From assembly GCA_951406725.2 (NCBI GenBank), contig OX597816.1, positions 97,588,001-97,652,000 on the forward strand: a DNA stretch of 64,000 nucleotides. Reading direction: 5' to 3'. Shown here one piece after another: positions 23,873 through 36,910 of the stretch (position 1 is its first letter; each line of letters starts with the position of its first letter). Below the pieces are notes generated by a model, which had not been told where the DNA came from, made no database searches, and saw only the letters and a program-made list of their open reading frames with translations. The position numbers and the translations under genes are program-made. This DNA comes from Octopus vulgaris (taxonomy: Eukaryota).

Positions 23873-24859
23873 CGGAGATGTACTTGCATAGCAAGTGATT
23901 TGATCTGAGATCGTGTGCTGAAACGAAAACAATTGCAGCGTGGAAGGTGTTTGTAAGCCATTTAAGAAACACACAAAAGCCGTTCGATTTACTGTATATA
24001 TTTATTTATTTTATTTTAGAGATAGTAGACCCCTATATCTCACCAGATAAAAATAATTTTTATTTTTATTTTAAATATTTACTGTTTTATTACTTGGCAA
24101 CACGTGTTTCACGAGGTACATGAAAAGGAAAGAGAATATGCACAGAAAAGAGAATATGGGGATGAGAAGAAAGTTAAGGTTCCATTGGAACGGGATTGCT
24201 ATAATGAAATAAATTGAAAAGTTGTAGAAAAGCATTTGAGTTGGTCCAGAACTAATAATGGTCGTTGAGAGGCCAAGATTAGTGTTCCAAGCGGCATATT
24301 ACAGAGTGTGTAGAAGATATAGCAATGGTTCTTCAAGAAACAAAAGTAGAAAATCGAATGTTATTATGCTATTGTTAGAGCAAAACATGCATAAATTGCT
24401 TTGAGCTTTTCTAATTACTTAAATATCTATTATTTAAATTTTGTTACAATATTTACGTATGCACTGATTTATGCATGATTTTATTCTTAAGATCTTCATT
24501 TGAAGACTGCATAGCATTGAGTCGATCTTACTGCGTGGTAAATATGTCGCTAAAAGTAACTTGAGGTACAATTATGGGTTATTAGTGAAGACTGGTTGAG
24601 GCAATTTAATGGGAGTCTGTCATGTGTATGTGTGTGTGCATGCGTGCGTGTAGTGTATCTACATACCTATACATACACACACATGCGCACACACTCATTC
24701 ATACACACACGTATATGTGTGTGTATTATACATATATGTGTATATGCATGTGTGTATATATCTTTATGTGTATGTATGTAAATATGTATATATATATATA
24801 CTTAATCACACGCATCACACACACACATACACACACACACTTATATAATTTATGACACG

Positions 24860-24895
<36 letters not shown>

Positions 24896-24959
24896 TATAC
24901 ATATACGTGTCATAAATTTCCTGTAGAATCTGAATAATTCATAAAAAGTAAAAATAACA

Positions 24960-25400
24960 GTAGTCCAGGGGAGTTTAATGGTAAACATATGCAAACAAAT
25001 AGAATCTCATTAGACCGATGAGAACATTTCCATTGGTTTACCGCAGCAAACTTACTCCATTGGTATGCCGCAGCATTCTAAACGATGCTCAGTTTCTAAA
25101 CATGTACTTTTGGAGCATCCCCTCATCAATGTTGGATATTTCTTTCGTGTTCATTGAACTTTTGTACGACAAATCTATTTTAATGTAGCTTCATAAGAAT
25201 TCCGGTGAAGGGGCGTGTGGTTATATCTGGCGATATAGTTGAGCAGGGAATTGGAACCTCTCTTGCAATTCGCCGGTTTGAGAAATTTTCCGTATGAAGA
25301 TCAAGAACACTCAAGCTTTAATGGGGAGGCAACTATCTTGTTGCAAAATAATTGTTGGTTTCAGAGAAGTTGATTCATGAATATCAACTTCAATAGATAC
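24960..25400 (-). mobile_element. Degenerate Tc1/mariner-superfamily transposase fragment
   Basis: Minus strand has ILQQDSCLP (QQDGAP-like) followed by eroded SPD and C-terminal TNG-like motifs. Heavily mutated. Confidence 0.5.
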
Positions 25401-27100
25401 AATAAAATTGTAGGAGTGGTAAAGATAATTTATGGACACACAGTAAAGATGAATGTGTATATGTATGGATTTGTCTGTAGCATTGTATGTATGTGTGTGT
25501 GTATATATGTGTGTGCACATACGAACCATATGTGTTTGTTTATTACAAAAATTACTATATTACATTAAAAGTGAATGAATGTCCTACGATGTAATTGCTT
25601 CACTTTCAGCATAGGCTTTTAGATAAAATCACTTGCTTGAGAAGACTTCTACATCTCCCAAAATTATTGCATTGCTTTCCTTTTTAAAATTTTGTTATTC
25701 ATGTATTTATCAATTTTTTCATCCTTATCTTGGAATAGATTTCATGTTTTATTACAATTAGTTTCTCTTAGCCTCAAGTGTTTTCCGAGTTGAGCTGCGT
25801 ACAAAATGATGAAAAGATAAAATTACTATACTCAAAATTGTGATACCTTTTGATAGAAATTAATGCTATTGTACACGTGCCATGTATACTATTCAATAGA
25901 CAGCATATATTTAGCCCATCTCAGAAGCTATAACATGTTTGTTCCGCTGCCAAATATCTTTGTTTAGGATTAACAATCTATGTTTGAGTTACATAGAACC
26001 AATTCGTAAGTTAGGTACAAGGTTTTGCCAAAACGTAACAAGTGAACCTCTATTCAGCAAGTTTATCTTTTGTCTTAAGGATAAATGTACAATGGTCTTA
26101 TACACACTTATCTACTTCATTATCTTTTCATACTTAATAATATCCCTCACAATTTACATCATTTTGCCGTACATTTCTTTCTTTTCCAATTTCGTCTCTT
26201 TTTGTTTATCTTAAACTTGTTGGCCGCTCAAGACATCTAGCAATTCAAATATTTGAACTCGTGGTAAATTCACCTAGTTGCTGCCAAATAATTAGTTTCC
26301 TTCGACATTTTGAGAAATACTCCTAACAAGTTCAGACAATTTCTATCTAAACTTAATATAGTTCTTCAAAATGGAATCTTTATAATCGATTTTCATACAA
26401 CAGCTAACGCTACCCTACGGGCTTACTACATTTCCATATAGAAGCTTGTTAGTAACGATCTCTTTGTTTTGGAAGAGAAGTCTACATCAGTAAAACACCT
26501 TGAGGCGATAAAAAATAATATGTATGTATGTTTGCATTTATATATGCATGCATGTATGTATATATGCATGCATGTATATATATATATATACGTGCATATA
26601 CTCGTACGTGTGTGTGTAAGTATACATGCATGAAGGCGGGAAAGCACACATACTCGTACGCACACATATTCAGACACAATGATATGCTCAAGAATACATA
26701 GATAACATACATATACACAGACATTCTTACATTTAGACATACGTTGAGCCATAGATACTTGGATATAGAAAGACAGCTAGCTAGTTAGACAAATAAATAC
26801 ACAATACACTCACATGCACACACATATATTTATATACATATTTTAACTGAAAAGAGTAACATTGCCAGAAAGTGTAGGCTCGTGACTTGATCATAGAGTT
26901 CCAGGGGAAATCGACTAAACTTTCCGTATATGGGTTATATGTCTGATATGGTGTATGAGGTGGGAATATATAGTAATGTCAGTGGCAGTGTCGAAAATCT
27001 ATATAAAATATAAAGAGAAATAAAGAATTATATATTTGTATCAATGTATGCATATATCAATATATGTATTTATGTTTGAATATGTTTATGTATATGTACA

Positions 27101-27157
<57 letters not shown>

Positions 27158-27437
27158 GCCTACGTATGGATATATGTGTGTATGTGTGTATGTACTCAAA
27201 TGGAAAACGGGATTCAAATAATGTAGCAATCAGAGGAAGTACTCCACAGGTATTTGGATTTCAAGAATACAAAAGCTAAGTGTAGAATCAAATTTAATGT
27301 CTCTGTTCCTCTGAAAATTTAGGGATGACAATGATGGAGTATAAAATAATTAATCAAATTCGGAAGAAGAAGAGGTAAAAGATATTTATTTCACGTTTTC
27401 AGCTGTCTCCTTCTCCGTTACATCATCGATACCAATA

Positions 27438-27638
27438 ATTCTTTCTGTTATAGGCACAAGGCCTGAAATTTGAAGGAAGGGGAAAGTCCATTACATCGAC
27501 CCCAGTACTCAAGTAGTACTTATTTTATCGATCACGAAAAATAACGGACAAAATATACGAATTGAAAACGTGAAGACAGACGAAATATCGCTAAGCATTT
27601 CGTCCGGCGTGCTAATGATTCTGCCGTCTCACCGCCTT
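27438..27638 (-). mobile_element. SINE family B (Nin-domain-like)
   Basis: Minus strand aaggcggtgagacggcagaatcattagcacgccggacgaaatgcttagc ... gggtcgatgtaat ... tcaggccttgtgcc; several homologues in the window. Confidence 0.8.
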
Positions 27639-27692
27639 GATCGACGTTAATAATATGTTGCATAATAAGAGTTGCATACAATATTTTATATC

Positions 27693-27734
<42 letters not shown>

Positions 27735-28077
27735 CGTATATGTACATGTACACTTAGAGTTGAATGTAACACGTATAGTTGCATATAACATATGTATGTT
27801 AACACAGGTAACAAAAAATAAAATCAACGGTTTTTAAAATTCATAAATTCTAAAACAAATAGGCGTAAGGAAGTTGATTTGTTGTACAGGTTTGAAGCAC
27901 AGATTTGAAATTCGAAAGTTCACCGTTTAACTGAGTGCTATTGTGGTTAATTATTCACAATTAGTGCAGGAATAAATTATGGGTAAAGATGTATAGGCGA
28001 GTTAGAATATATTTTGCAAACACGTATATTTAATATATAGTCATATTAAATTCATTTCTGACATGGAGTATCATAAT

Positions 28078-28292
28078 TCGTTTCAAATTTTGGCACACGG
28101 GCCAGCAAGTCCGAGAGAGGGATAAGTCGATTACATCGACCCCAGTGGTTCAACCGGTAGTTATTTTCTCGACTCCGAAAGGATGAAAGGCAAAGCCGCC
28201 CTCAACAGCATTTGAACTCAGATCATAGAGACAGTCGGAATGCCGCTAAGCATTCTAGTCGACATGCTAACGTTTCTGTCAGCTCACCATCT
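28078..28292 (-). mobile_element. SINE family B
   Basis: Contains gcctttcatcctttcggagtcgag (Nin-like core) and gagttcaaat (B box) on the minus strand. Confidence 0.82.
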
Positions 28293-28314
28293 TTCATGAA
28301 GTAGGATTATTATA

Positions 28315-29070
28315 CAGGGATATATTCGAAACGGTCTCATCCTTTTAATATAAACACATTTCGACCTCTCCATCTGTTCTTGATTTCCGAAACGTCTAAG
28401 GATTCTGTAAAATTATATAGTACTATAGGCACCTGAGAAAAGCAGGTCTGTAATCTGCATAAAACATTGTGACTATAACAACATGAATTATCAGATAAGC
28501 CTCAGGTTTCAGCTTACAAGTGTTCGAGCTAAATTGGACGGCTTGCACAAAAATAAAAGAAAACAGAGTATCCCCTCCAAAATAAACTATATCAAAAATA
28601 AATAAAACATATCGATTAGATTATAACTGGAATATAACATTTTATTAAAAGCATCCGCTCCAAACTTCCACCACTTAAGGTGCCTCCGGAACTTGTTGCA
28701 TGCGTTACTTGGACGAATTTTGAACTCCTCTTTGATCTTGGTCACGAGATCGGCTTTGTTGTTGCAAGCATAGCACATTTTAATTCATAATATTACAATC
28801 GGAGAAATTAGGAGGGCCAGGAAGTGGGACTGGTTAGGTCGTAGAAATTTTCCAGCAATAATTTCTGACTCTTTTCGGGGTTATGATAAAGAACTAAATC
28901 CTTCTGCGATAAATATGACCTCCCGGTGGCAGCCCGCCCAGGCTGGGTTTGACCACAGTTTTCATGCGCTTCACATAACTGTCTGAATTGAGATTGAGGC
29001 CTTGTTAATAAGCCGTTGTATGAATCCTCATGGGCGGCCACGGCTGCGTAGCCTCCACATCAGCTGTGCT
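28315..29070 (-). mobile_element. Tc1/mariner-superfamily transposon remnant
   Basis: TA|CAGGG terminus at 28313-28319. Minus strand has a frameshifted WP.N.SPDCN motif and ACNNKADLVTKIKEEF..ACNKFRRHL (Tc1/maT-type C-terminus). Confidence 0.7.
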
Positions 29071-29599
29071 TGTCAAGTATCACAACCTTTACAGTGTTCA
29101 CAGAACATTGCACAGCAGTCAGGATGTTGACATTTTGATACAAAGCACGTATTAACATTATACAGGTTAATCTTTTTCAATATTAAGTTAGATACCAGTT
29201 TTCAGAGCAAGCTAAGTCTTTCCCAACTACGAATTTATTATGCTCTCTAAAACTGTTGATTGCTCACCTATACATCAAGCTGTTCCTGAAAAAGCGAGAC
29301 AAAATGTCGTCAAATTTAATTCAAACAAGCTGTACTTTAAGAAACAAGATTTTGCTCTCGACGTTTTCTTCCCATTGTGTTTTGCAGTGCAGGTGGAACA
29401 AATACATTTCCCTTTCATTCATGTGGAATATTTAAGAAGGATCACTCATGCGGATTTTTTTTTTTTTTACCTAGGAAGCACTTTACCTTGGAAACACTTT
29501 ACAGCATTTTAGTGGCGGCGTCATCATTTTCATTGACTTCATGCATTAGCATTATATAAAATAGTAATCTTCTTTTTTTTCGGGGGAGCACATAAGTCA

Positions 29600-30800
29600 G
29601 CCATCTCAGTATTTAAAGGATCGCATGGAATCTATTGGTTTGCGGTCTGCTCACACTTCGATCTATTCTCCTTAATAGACGTACTGGTGAAAGACATATC
29701 ACCCTCTCCCTATTGCCTTATGTTGCTGTCTAGAATACTTGTCTTTGTAGTTTACTTCTTTTGTCTGTCAAATGCGCTCCTCTTCCTCTTTTAAAGATAC
29801 TGGTGATTTTAAATCTGTCACATGTGTCTCTGGAATTGTGATTTCTCTAGGCTTTCACCCGGTTTTCTTTCTTTGTGTCAGCTTTAATGAAAGAATCAAT
29901 ATACTACATATATTGAGCGTCAGATGGTCAAAGCCCATGACATGGCGCTATTCAGCTAAACTACTGAAGAACTAGTTGCAACAGCGACGTATTCATGAGC
30001 CTATAAAAACGATATGACACATCAGGGAGGATGATTGTTGAATTGCTTTTCGTCTAGGCGATGAATTCCTGTGATAATAAAACATGATTGGATGTTGGTA
30101 GAAATTATAGTCCGAAGGAATACTTTCCAGCTAATCTGGGTATATCATATATCATTATTGTTTTTACTTTCTATTTATTAAGTCACCTATTGGCAGTGGA
30201 GTTATAATGTGTGTAACAAGCTCAACCGCAATTTCATCAGGTGGTTACGTCTTACCACATCTCAAGTCAACATTTTGGAGTGAAATGACAACAATGGCGG
30301 TGCATTTTCTCAGGCATAGAGATACGCTGTTGTAATTATCATGGTTATCAAATAATAATAGCAGTCTTTGACTTACGTGTTTCATGAAAAAATTGTTCCC
30401 GAAGATGGGAAATCTGTTCACTGTCATAAGCTATATAGTCGGTGTACTATAAATAAATAAAAATTCGTTCAAATCGTGTGCGAGGGATTACAAACAAAGG
30501 AAACGGTGTTTTTGTAGCACTGGTTCCTTGCGTTTCTGTTATGATAGCCCCAAACTATTTAGCGCTTGTACCAGGGATGATTTTCCATGCCCTCTGCTCA
30601 GTTGCACAGCCACTTTCGTAAACAAATCATGACTTGCGAGAAAAGAAATGTAGGTTATAATTGTTTAAATAATTGGAGAATATAACAGCTATTGTAGCTT
30701 GTTGCATGACTTAGAATGAAGATACAACTGATCTCGATGAAACATTCTAGTTTCTTAAAATAAAGGGAAATCCAATCTTTATCTGCATTCTCATTCTCTA
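29600..30800 (-). mobile_element. Highly degenerate pogo/Tigger-like DDE transposase remnant
   Basis: FMKHVSQRLLLLFDNHDNY resembles the pogo LLLFDGH.SH motif; NAD..GFP-like motif near 30770-30790. Boundaries approximate. Confidence 0.5.
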
Positions 30801-30859
30801 TCGCAGTTTACTGCATCATTCAGTATAGTCGACTCCTATATCCAAATACCCAACTCCTG

Positions 30860-31490
30860 ATCGCTTTGGAATAGCACGTAGCATAGGAGAGCGAGTTAAT
30901 GAGATCGTCAGTACTATACCAACACACCGAGCAGGAACAGGAGGCTCACTCAACAACATAGAATTATGTCCACACATAGAATGGACGCAACGCTTAGACA
31001 AATAACAGAAGCTACACATGTAATAAAACATAAACCCAGCCTAAATAGAAAATTAGAATGGAGCCCATGCCACAACATGATAACAGAGTAAGATCCCCAT
31101 AAACTATAATAATATAAAACTAATACAATAAATAGATAAATAAATGGAATTAAGTAATTAAACACACAAACAAAATATAATAAATCGATACAAAAATGAA
31201 TAAGTAGATAAAAATAAATAAATAAAATGAAATAAAATGAACGTGGATAAACAGGGGATACTGATATTGCAGATACCATTCACATTCCGACACACACAAT
31301 TACCAAACATAGGTACACACAGGGATATACGCATGCACAAATATAGACACATACAACAGGAACACAAAATGGCAGATCGTTATGAAGGAGAGACACAAAA
31401 AAATAAAGAAGAAAGCAAAGGGCTACTGATGAGGTCACAGACGTGTGACGAAATAACTGTGGCCGAAATAACACCGAATAAATAGTGCAT
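30860..31490 (+). mobile_element. Penelope-like element 3' fragment (GIY-YIG C-terminus plus 3' region with a hammerhead motif)
   Basis: Across frames: GIARSIGERVNE, SVLYQH and DATLRQITEATHVIKHKPSLNRKLEW, typical of a PLE GIY-YIG C-terminus. A sense-strand CTGATGA..GAAA motif follows at 31426. Confidence 0.75.
31420..31468 (+). ncRNA. Hammerhead-like motif (core intact, cleavage triplet non-canonical in this copy)
   Basis: ggcta CTGATGA g GTCACA gacg TGTGAC GAAA taactg tggcc; stem I ggcta/tggcc. Confidence 0.5.
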
Positions 31491-31622
31491 GCGTTTTGAT
31501 TGGCTAAATAATTGACAACATGACCATCCTCAAATACAACTACATCTGTTTCAACACACGAGTTCACATTAAGAATCTTGCAAAACGAATACGTAAACGT
31601 ATATATATATATATATATATAT

Positions 31623-31845
31623 AAAGTTAATCCAAACATGAAAACACAAAGAGAAAACACAAGGTGAGGACGTGGAACAAGTATAGTATTATTGGACGCT
31701 CAGGAAAGAAGGAAAGAAGGAGGGTTTAACGTTTCGAGTGGAGCTCTTCGTCAGAAACTTTGGTAAAGAAAAGATCCAAAGAAGGGAAGACAGAGGAAAA
31801 AGAAATCGCCACTGTATGTGTCTATACACGCGGTCACATTTTGAA
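31623..31845 (-). mobile_element. Short Penelope-type terminal-repeat fragment between (TA)n tracts
   Basis: About 220 bp, non-coding, carries a minimal hammerhead, and is flanked by (TA)n on both sides. Confidence 0.6.
31724..31758 (-). ncRNA. Minimal type I hammerhead ribozyme
   Basis: GUUU CUGACGA A GAG cucca CUC GAAA CGUU AAAC. Intact core, stem I GUUU/AAAC, stem II GAG/CUC, and palindromic AACGUU in place of stem III. Confidence 0.8.
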
Positions 31846-31911
31846 TATATATATATAGCATTATTAAATCTCAGAATGAGATTGAAACAGTAATCGCTCG
31901 ATAATGTAAAA

Positions 31912-31980
31912 TATAGAAGCCATCGTAACATGGCTAACCCCCTCCCCTATGTGGTTAGCCAGGTTAAGATGGCTTCTATA
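31912..31980. repeat. Short palindromic element (28-bp arms, 2 mismatches, 13-nt spacer), MITE-like
   Basis: tatagaagccatcgtaacatggctaacc / ggttagccaggttaagatggcttctata, TA-flanked; related to 49799-49879. Confidence 0.85.
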
Positions 31981-32211
31981 TATATATATATATATATATA
32001 TAACGTTGTGTCTGGGGAGAGTGATTCTCTGTTAATGCCTTTCTAATTAACACACTCACCAATTCAATTTCCTCTCATTCATTATATTTTTTCTAAAATT
32101 TTCGTTTCTTCTTTCAACCTCTTCAATAGTTGTTGACTCTGTTCGTTATCAGAACTGCTTTCTTTTTGCTTGTTTGTGCGCATGTGTGAACGTCAGTATG
32201 CATGTGTACGC

Positions 32212-32244
<33 letters not shown>

Positions 32245-33555
32245 TGTATGTATGTATGTATGTATGACTGCGTGTGTGTGTATAAATATGTGTGTGTGTG
32301 TGTATGTGTGTGTGTGTGTACATTTGTGCCTTGTGTGTGTGCATGTGTGTATCATATAAATGTATATACTCAGTTAAAGAGTGCATTGGATTCACTTAGT
32401 ATTTGATGGGCGTATCACATAAGGCTGAATATACCTTTTGTGGGTCTATCTTATTAGGAAGCAGTAACAGGAGGCTTCGGTGTCGAATTACTTTCTAAAA
32501 TAAATTCATTACTGTAAGTTATAATAAAATGGGATATCAACTGTTTAAATGATTTGTGTATTAATATAAAAAATAAAAGCTGGGGATATGTATCAACAAA
32601 AATATATGGTTAATTCAGAGATTGTTAATGGAAGGATATATTTGTATAATGCACATATATTTGCAATCGACACAAGTGTATACTTCTCGTATGGAATTTA
32701 CTAAAATGAACTGAGGCAATATTAATTTCAAATGCCAATACAATGAGATTTTGCTACAATGTTTGCAATACTATTGATACTCCTCGGTTGACATAACCAT
32801 CTGATGATTAGAGTGAAACAAGAACATTATATGAAGACAAGATATTGATTTTTATTTAGCTATTAAGTACAGTAATCTTCACTTTCTCTTTTGTAGTATG
32901 ATGTTCGTGTTACAACTTGAAATTGCATGTATATGTATTCCTATAGAATAAAACTTATCAACATATACGTATATACATGGATAATATATATATATGTATG
33001 TATGTACATATATGTATGCATATATGTATGCATATATATATGTGTGTGTGTGTGTGTGCATATATATGTATATATATATATATACGTGTGTATTTATATA
33101 GATGTATATACATACATATATACACACATATATACACTCTCTCTGTGGCACGCACACACACACATACGATAGTTCACAGTAGCTATTTCAATTCATCTAA
33201 AAGAGAGTAGAATTTTATTAGAATTTCTCTATATGTTAGTGAAACTTGATTTAATTATGGCTATAGTAACAATATCCATGATAAGGAAAATGGAAGAATT
33301 ATGTATTCTTTTTCGAAGTCGATATAATTACAATATTTTTAATATGGGGTTTAAAAATGATATATAAATACATGAAGGATTTTTGTAAGGGTGGTTTTTC
33401 TTACCCAACCCATAAACAGGATAGCTGCCTTTATAGACTTGTTACATTCTAAAGCTGCTGAACGTGAGAGTCTGAACCCCGATGAAAGACAGCTCAAGTA
33501 ATATTATAGGGCGTGTATAATTATACGCGCGCGCACACGCACATGTAGATATATA

Positions 33556-33755
33556 TTCTTTTTATCCTTTTACTTTTTCAGTCATTTGACTGTGGCCATG
33601 CTCGGGCAACGCCTGGGTCTCGAATGGATCGAGACCCAGAACTTGTTTTCTTCTTTTGAGGCTGGTAATTATTCTACCATACTCATTTGCCGACTCGCTA
33701 AGTTACGCGGACATAGACACACCACCACTGGTTGTCAAGCGGTGTGCCGCACAAA
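33556..33755 (-). mobile_element. Family A SINE, 3' half (degenerate)
   Basis: ttcagtcatttgactgtggccatgct ... gctaagttacgcggac ... ggttgtcaagcg. Confidence 0.75.
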
Positions 33756-34805
33756 TACATACACAAACACACACATATGCGCACACGCACACACACAAAC
33801 ACGCATGCATACACACACATACGTCGGATTATTAGTCTCGCAATGCGTAAGCGAAATATGCTTCTGCTTGTACATATTTTATATGTGCATATGTATTTTG
33901 TTCGATACAGGCATTTACTATGAAGATTCATTATTTAGAATGTTCTACAAGTGAATATGACTTGTAGAATACTTTAGCTTTCGCTGTCAGCCCAATTTAT
34001 TTTCGCGTGCTTATACAAATTTGTGTTGGTAAAACAGGATCTGAATGGGCGTTGACTATGAAATATAAGTTAGCATTCATTCTCTCAATCTCATATCTCC
34101 GGTGACATTGATCAACGAGGGATTGCCGCATCAAAGTGTTTGAATTTTTTGAAAATATCGAATTTATCAGAAAACTTTGAATAGCTTGTTATAGTCTCCA
34201 TTGAAAATGAGATAACATGCAAAATTTCATTCACTGGATGACAAACAGAAGCTGATAATTCGGATCATGCATACATAAATGAACTCAGTACTTCATACGA
34301 AACACTAACTGCGGGATGTTCGTGAAAGTGAAGTTGTTATGGCATCAATGTAAGCTATACATCTACCTACTTAAATACATATAAAGATATGTACATATAC
34401 ACATGAACACAGGAAAACATGTATATATGGATAGGCATATACATACATACATGTATTTAAATACACACACACTCATATGTAAGTGTGCACGTGTGTGTGT
34501 GTGTGTGTGTCTGTATGCACGTTTGTAAGTTACATCTATACTGGACGACACCCTCCCCATAATTTTGGGATCAGTAAATAGTTCCACATTCAGCACGTAT
34601 ATTCCACGCGGTTTGGAAATAGTCATTATAACACTGTATATGCTAGTCTAAGTTGTTCAACATAAGTTGTCTAATAATAGTAAGAGCTACTGAAAATACA
34701 ACTGGTATTTTAATAGTTTGTGTAATATACGCACCATTCCACGAGACGAATGTTGTTGCGCAAGTCGATTGGCACGATTATGGAGCATTATTATTTGTAT
34801 ACTTT

Positions 34806-34931
34806 GGTATTTGTAACAAAATACCGAGGAACCGACTCAACCTCTTTGCACACCACTACCACTCTTTCCTGGGTATTTGTAACACAATACCGAGGAAGTG
34901 TCTGAATCTGTTTGCACATCACAACTACTGA
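34806..34931 (+). repeat. Diverged 66-bp tandem duplication
   Basis: ggtatttgtaaca.aataccgaggaa at 34806 and 34872. Confidence 0.9.
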
Positions 34932-36189
34932 TCATGCGGAACAACCTTCGTTCGGGGAGATAGGCATATATTGTATAAAATGTATGAAAAATACAATTAT
35001 GCCTTCTGTGCTTCGTAGCATATATACATACATGCATGCGCACATACGTAGATCGATATTTATTTGAAGACGATGGTTGAGAAGCATTTGAATTATAGGG
35101 AATGGTAGCTGGTTTTCAAACAAACCCTTCAAAATATTCTTCCCAGATGCATATTACACATCATCTCAAGTATCCGAGCATATGTAATACCTTATCTTGG
35201 CCCATTGTTTGTTGGGTTCACTTATAAGGTTGTTCACTGCGTTGTAGTATATGTTGACAGGAATCACTCGCGATTCTTATTCATTTTATTACCGCATTAC
35301 TCAATAGGTTCTCTGGCGCACTTTTCACATGTACACTTGAGTTTTATTCCACATTTACTCATTATACAAATCTTTATAATTTATTCTCATTGTGCTGAAT
35401 CTATTTTATCCAAGTATGTAACTATCAATTCTCCCCGTCCTTGTAGCATATTCATTACCTCTCAACATACTTTATTCTTCCGTCACCTACCCCTACATAT
35501 TTACATAAATGTTTTTCTCTTCTCGCCGCTTTTAATGGCCAGTTTACATTCCTTATTGTCTTATGGTTTGCTTAATACTATATTTACACCCCTTGATGTT
35601 TCTTTCTACCCGGAACATGCTTTGAAATTAATCTTCACATCTCCTCCATTCTTCTCTTTGCCCCTCCTATTCTTGTCTTCTTTTCTACTTATATTCAAGA
35701 AGTTATCCTTCCTCCTCTTTCCCACACCCTTAATCTATCTCTGCTTTCCTTCACCCTTTAGCCTCCTATTTCTGTTAATGAACCGCATTTATCAATCTTC
35801 TTTTGATGAAGGAAGCCAGACTCAGTGCAGTAACTTCATGCGGCTAGTTACCGGTTACGTACCCATGGTGTTACGTAAATTTCAACTATAATTTATGATC
35901 ATTTGGATTCCAATGTAATTCAGACGTTCTTGAAACAGCAGTCGAGTTCAGAAATGACATACTTTTTTACTCTGGATTATTGCGCCCCAGGTGAATATAT
36001 TTATATTAAGTCAAACAATGTTGATAACCACTACTACCTTCGTATTAGTTCAGTTTGGTATTGCCCTGAATGCGGGAAACAGAGTTTCAGTTTAAATCCT
36101 TTTCAGACTACTACGTATTTTCTATATTAACAATACCAGACTCTTACATATTGTGTGTAAACACACATGCACACATACATGTATGTAAA

Positions 36190-36262
<73 letters not shown>

Positions 36263-36784
36263 ATGTGTATACATATATAAGTGTATATATGTATACGTGT
36301 AAGTATATGTATAAATAATTATATTTCTATGGACGTATAAATATGTGCACATACAGATATTTATATATTTTATATTTATATACGCATATGTAAATATATA
36401 CATATACATAAATATTAAAGCACGCACAATATCATGAATAATTCAGTAATCTGTATTAATGTATGAACTAATGAGCGTTGAGATTTCATATTCGAAAACA
36501 TGTATTTTGACATCTGTGAAGCATTGTATCTGTAACAGGATTGATGTTTAACTATAGGCAGATAAGCGTCCTTTGTTATGATAACGAACCCCCTAATATT
36601 GCCGTAATGAATTGCTCTCGAGCAGTAACTGAATTAGCCACATTTTTTTTCTTTTGATAATTTAGTCATAGCAACGGTATTTACTTTTAGTATTCCTCCT
36701 AATCGCACACAAAACTTTCATTCCTTTGTACGTATATAGGGAGATGCATGCACACTTAACCCACAACGAATGCATATATGCATT

Positions 36785-36910
<126 letters not shown>

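Noticed and set aside
34780-34905. Alternative-frame peptide LVFVTKYR resembling the IS200/IS605 TnpA motif
   Set aside because: It is only an 8-residue match in a 42-codon frame, with no HUH or catalytic Tyr helix and no TnpB/Fanzor ORF nearby; likely chance.
35205-35891. 228-aa hydrophobic ORF
   Set aside because: It has low-complexity pyrimidine-rich composition, a non-ATG start and no recognisable domain; probably a decayed repeat.
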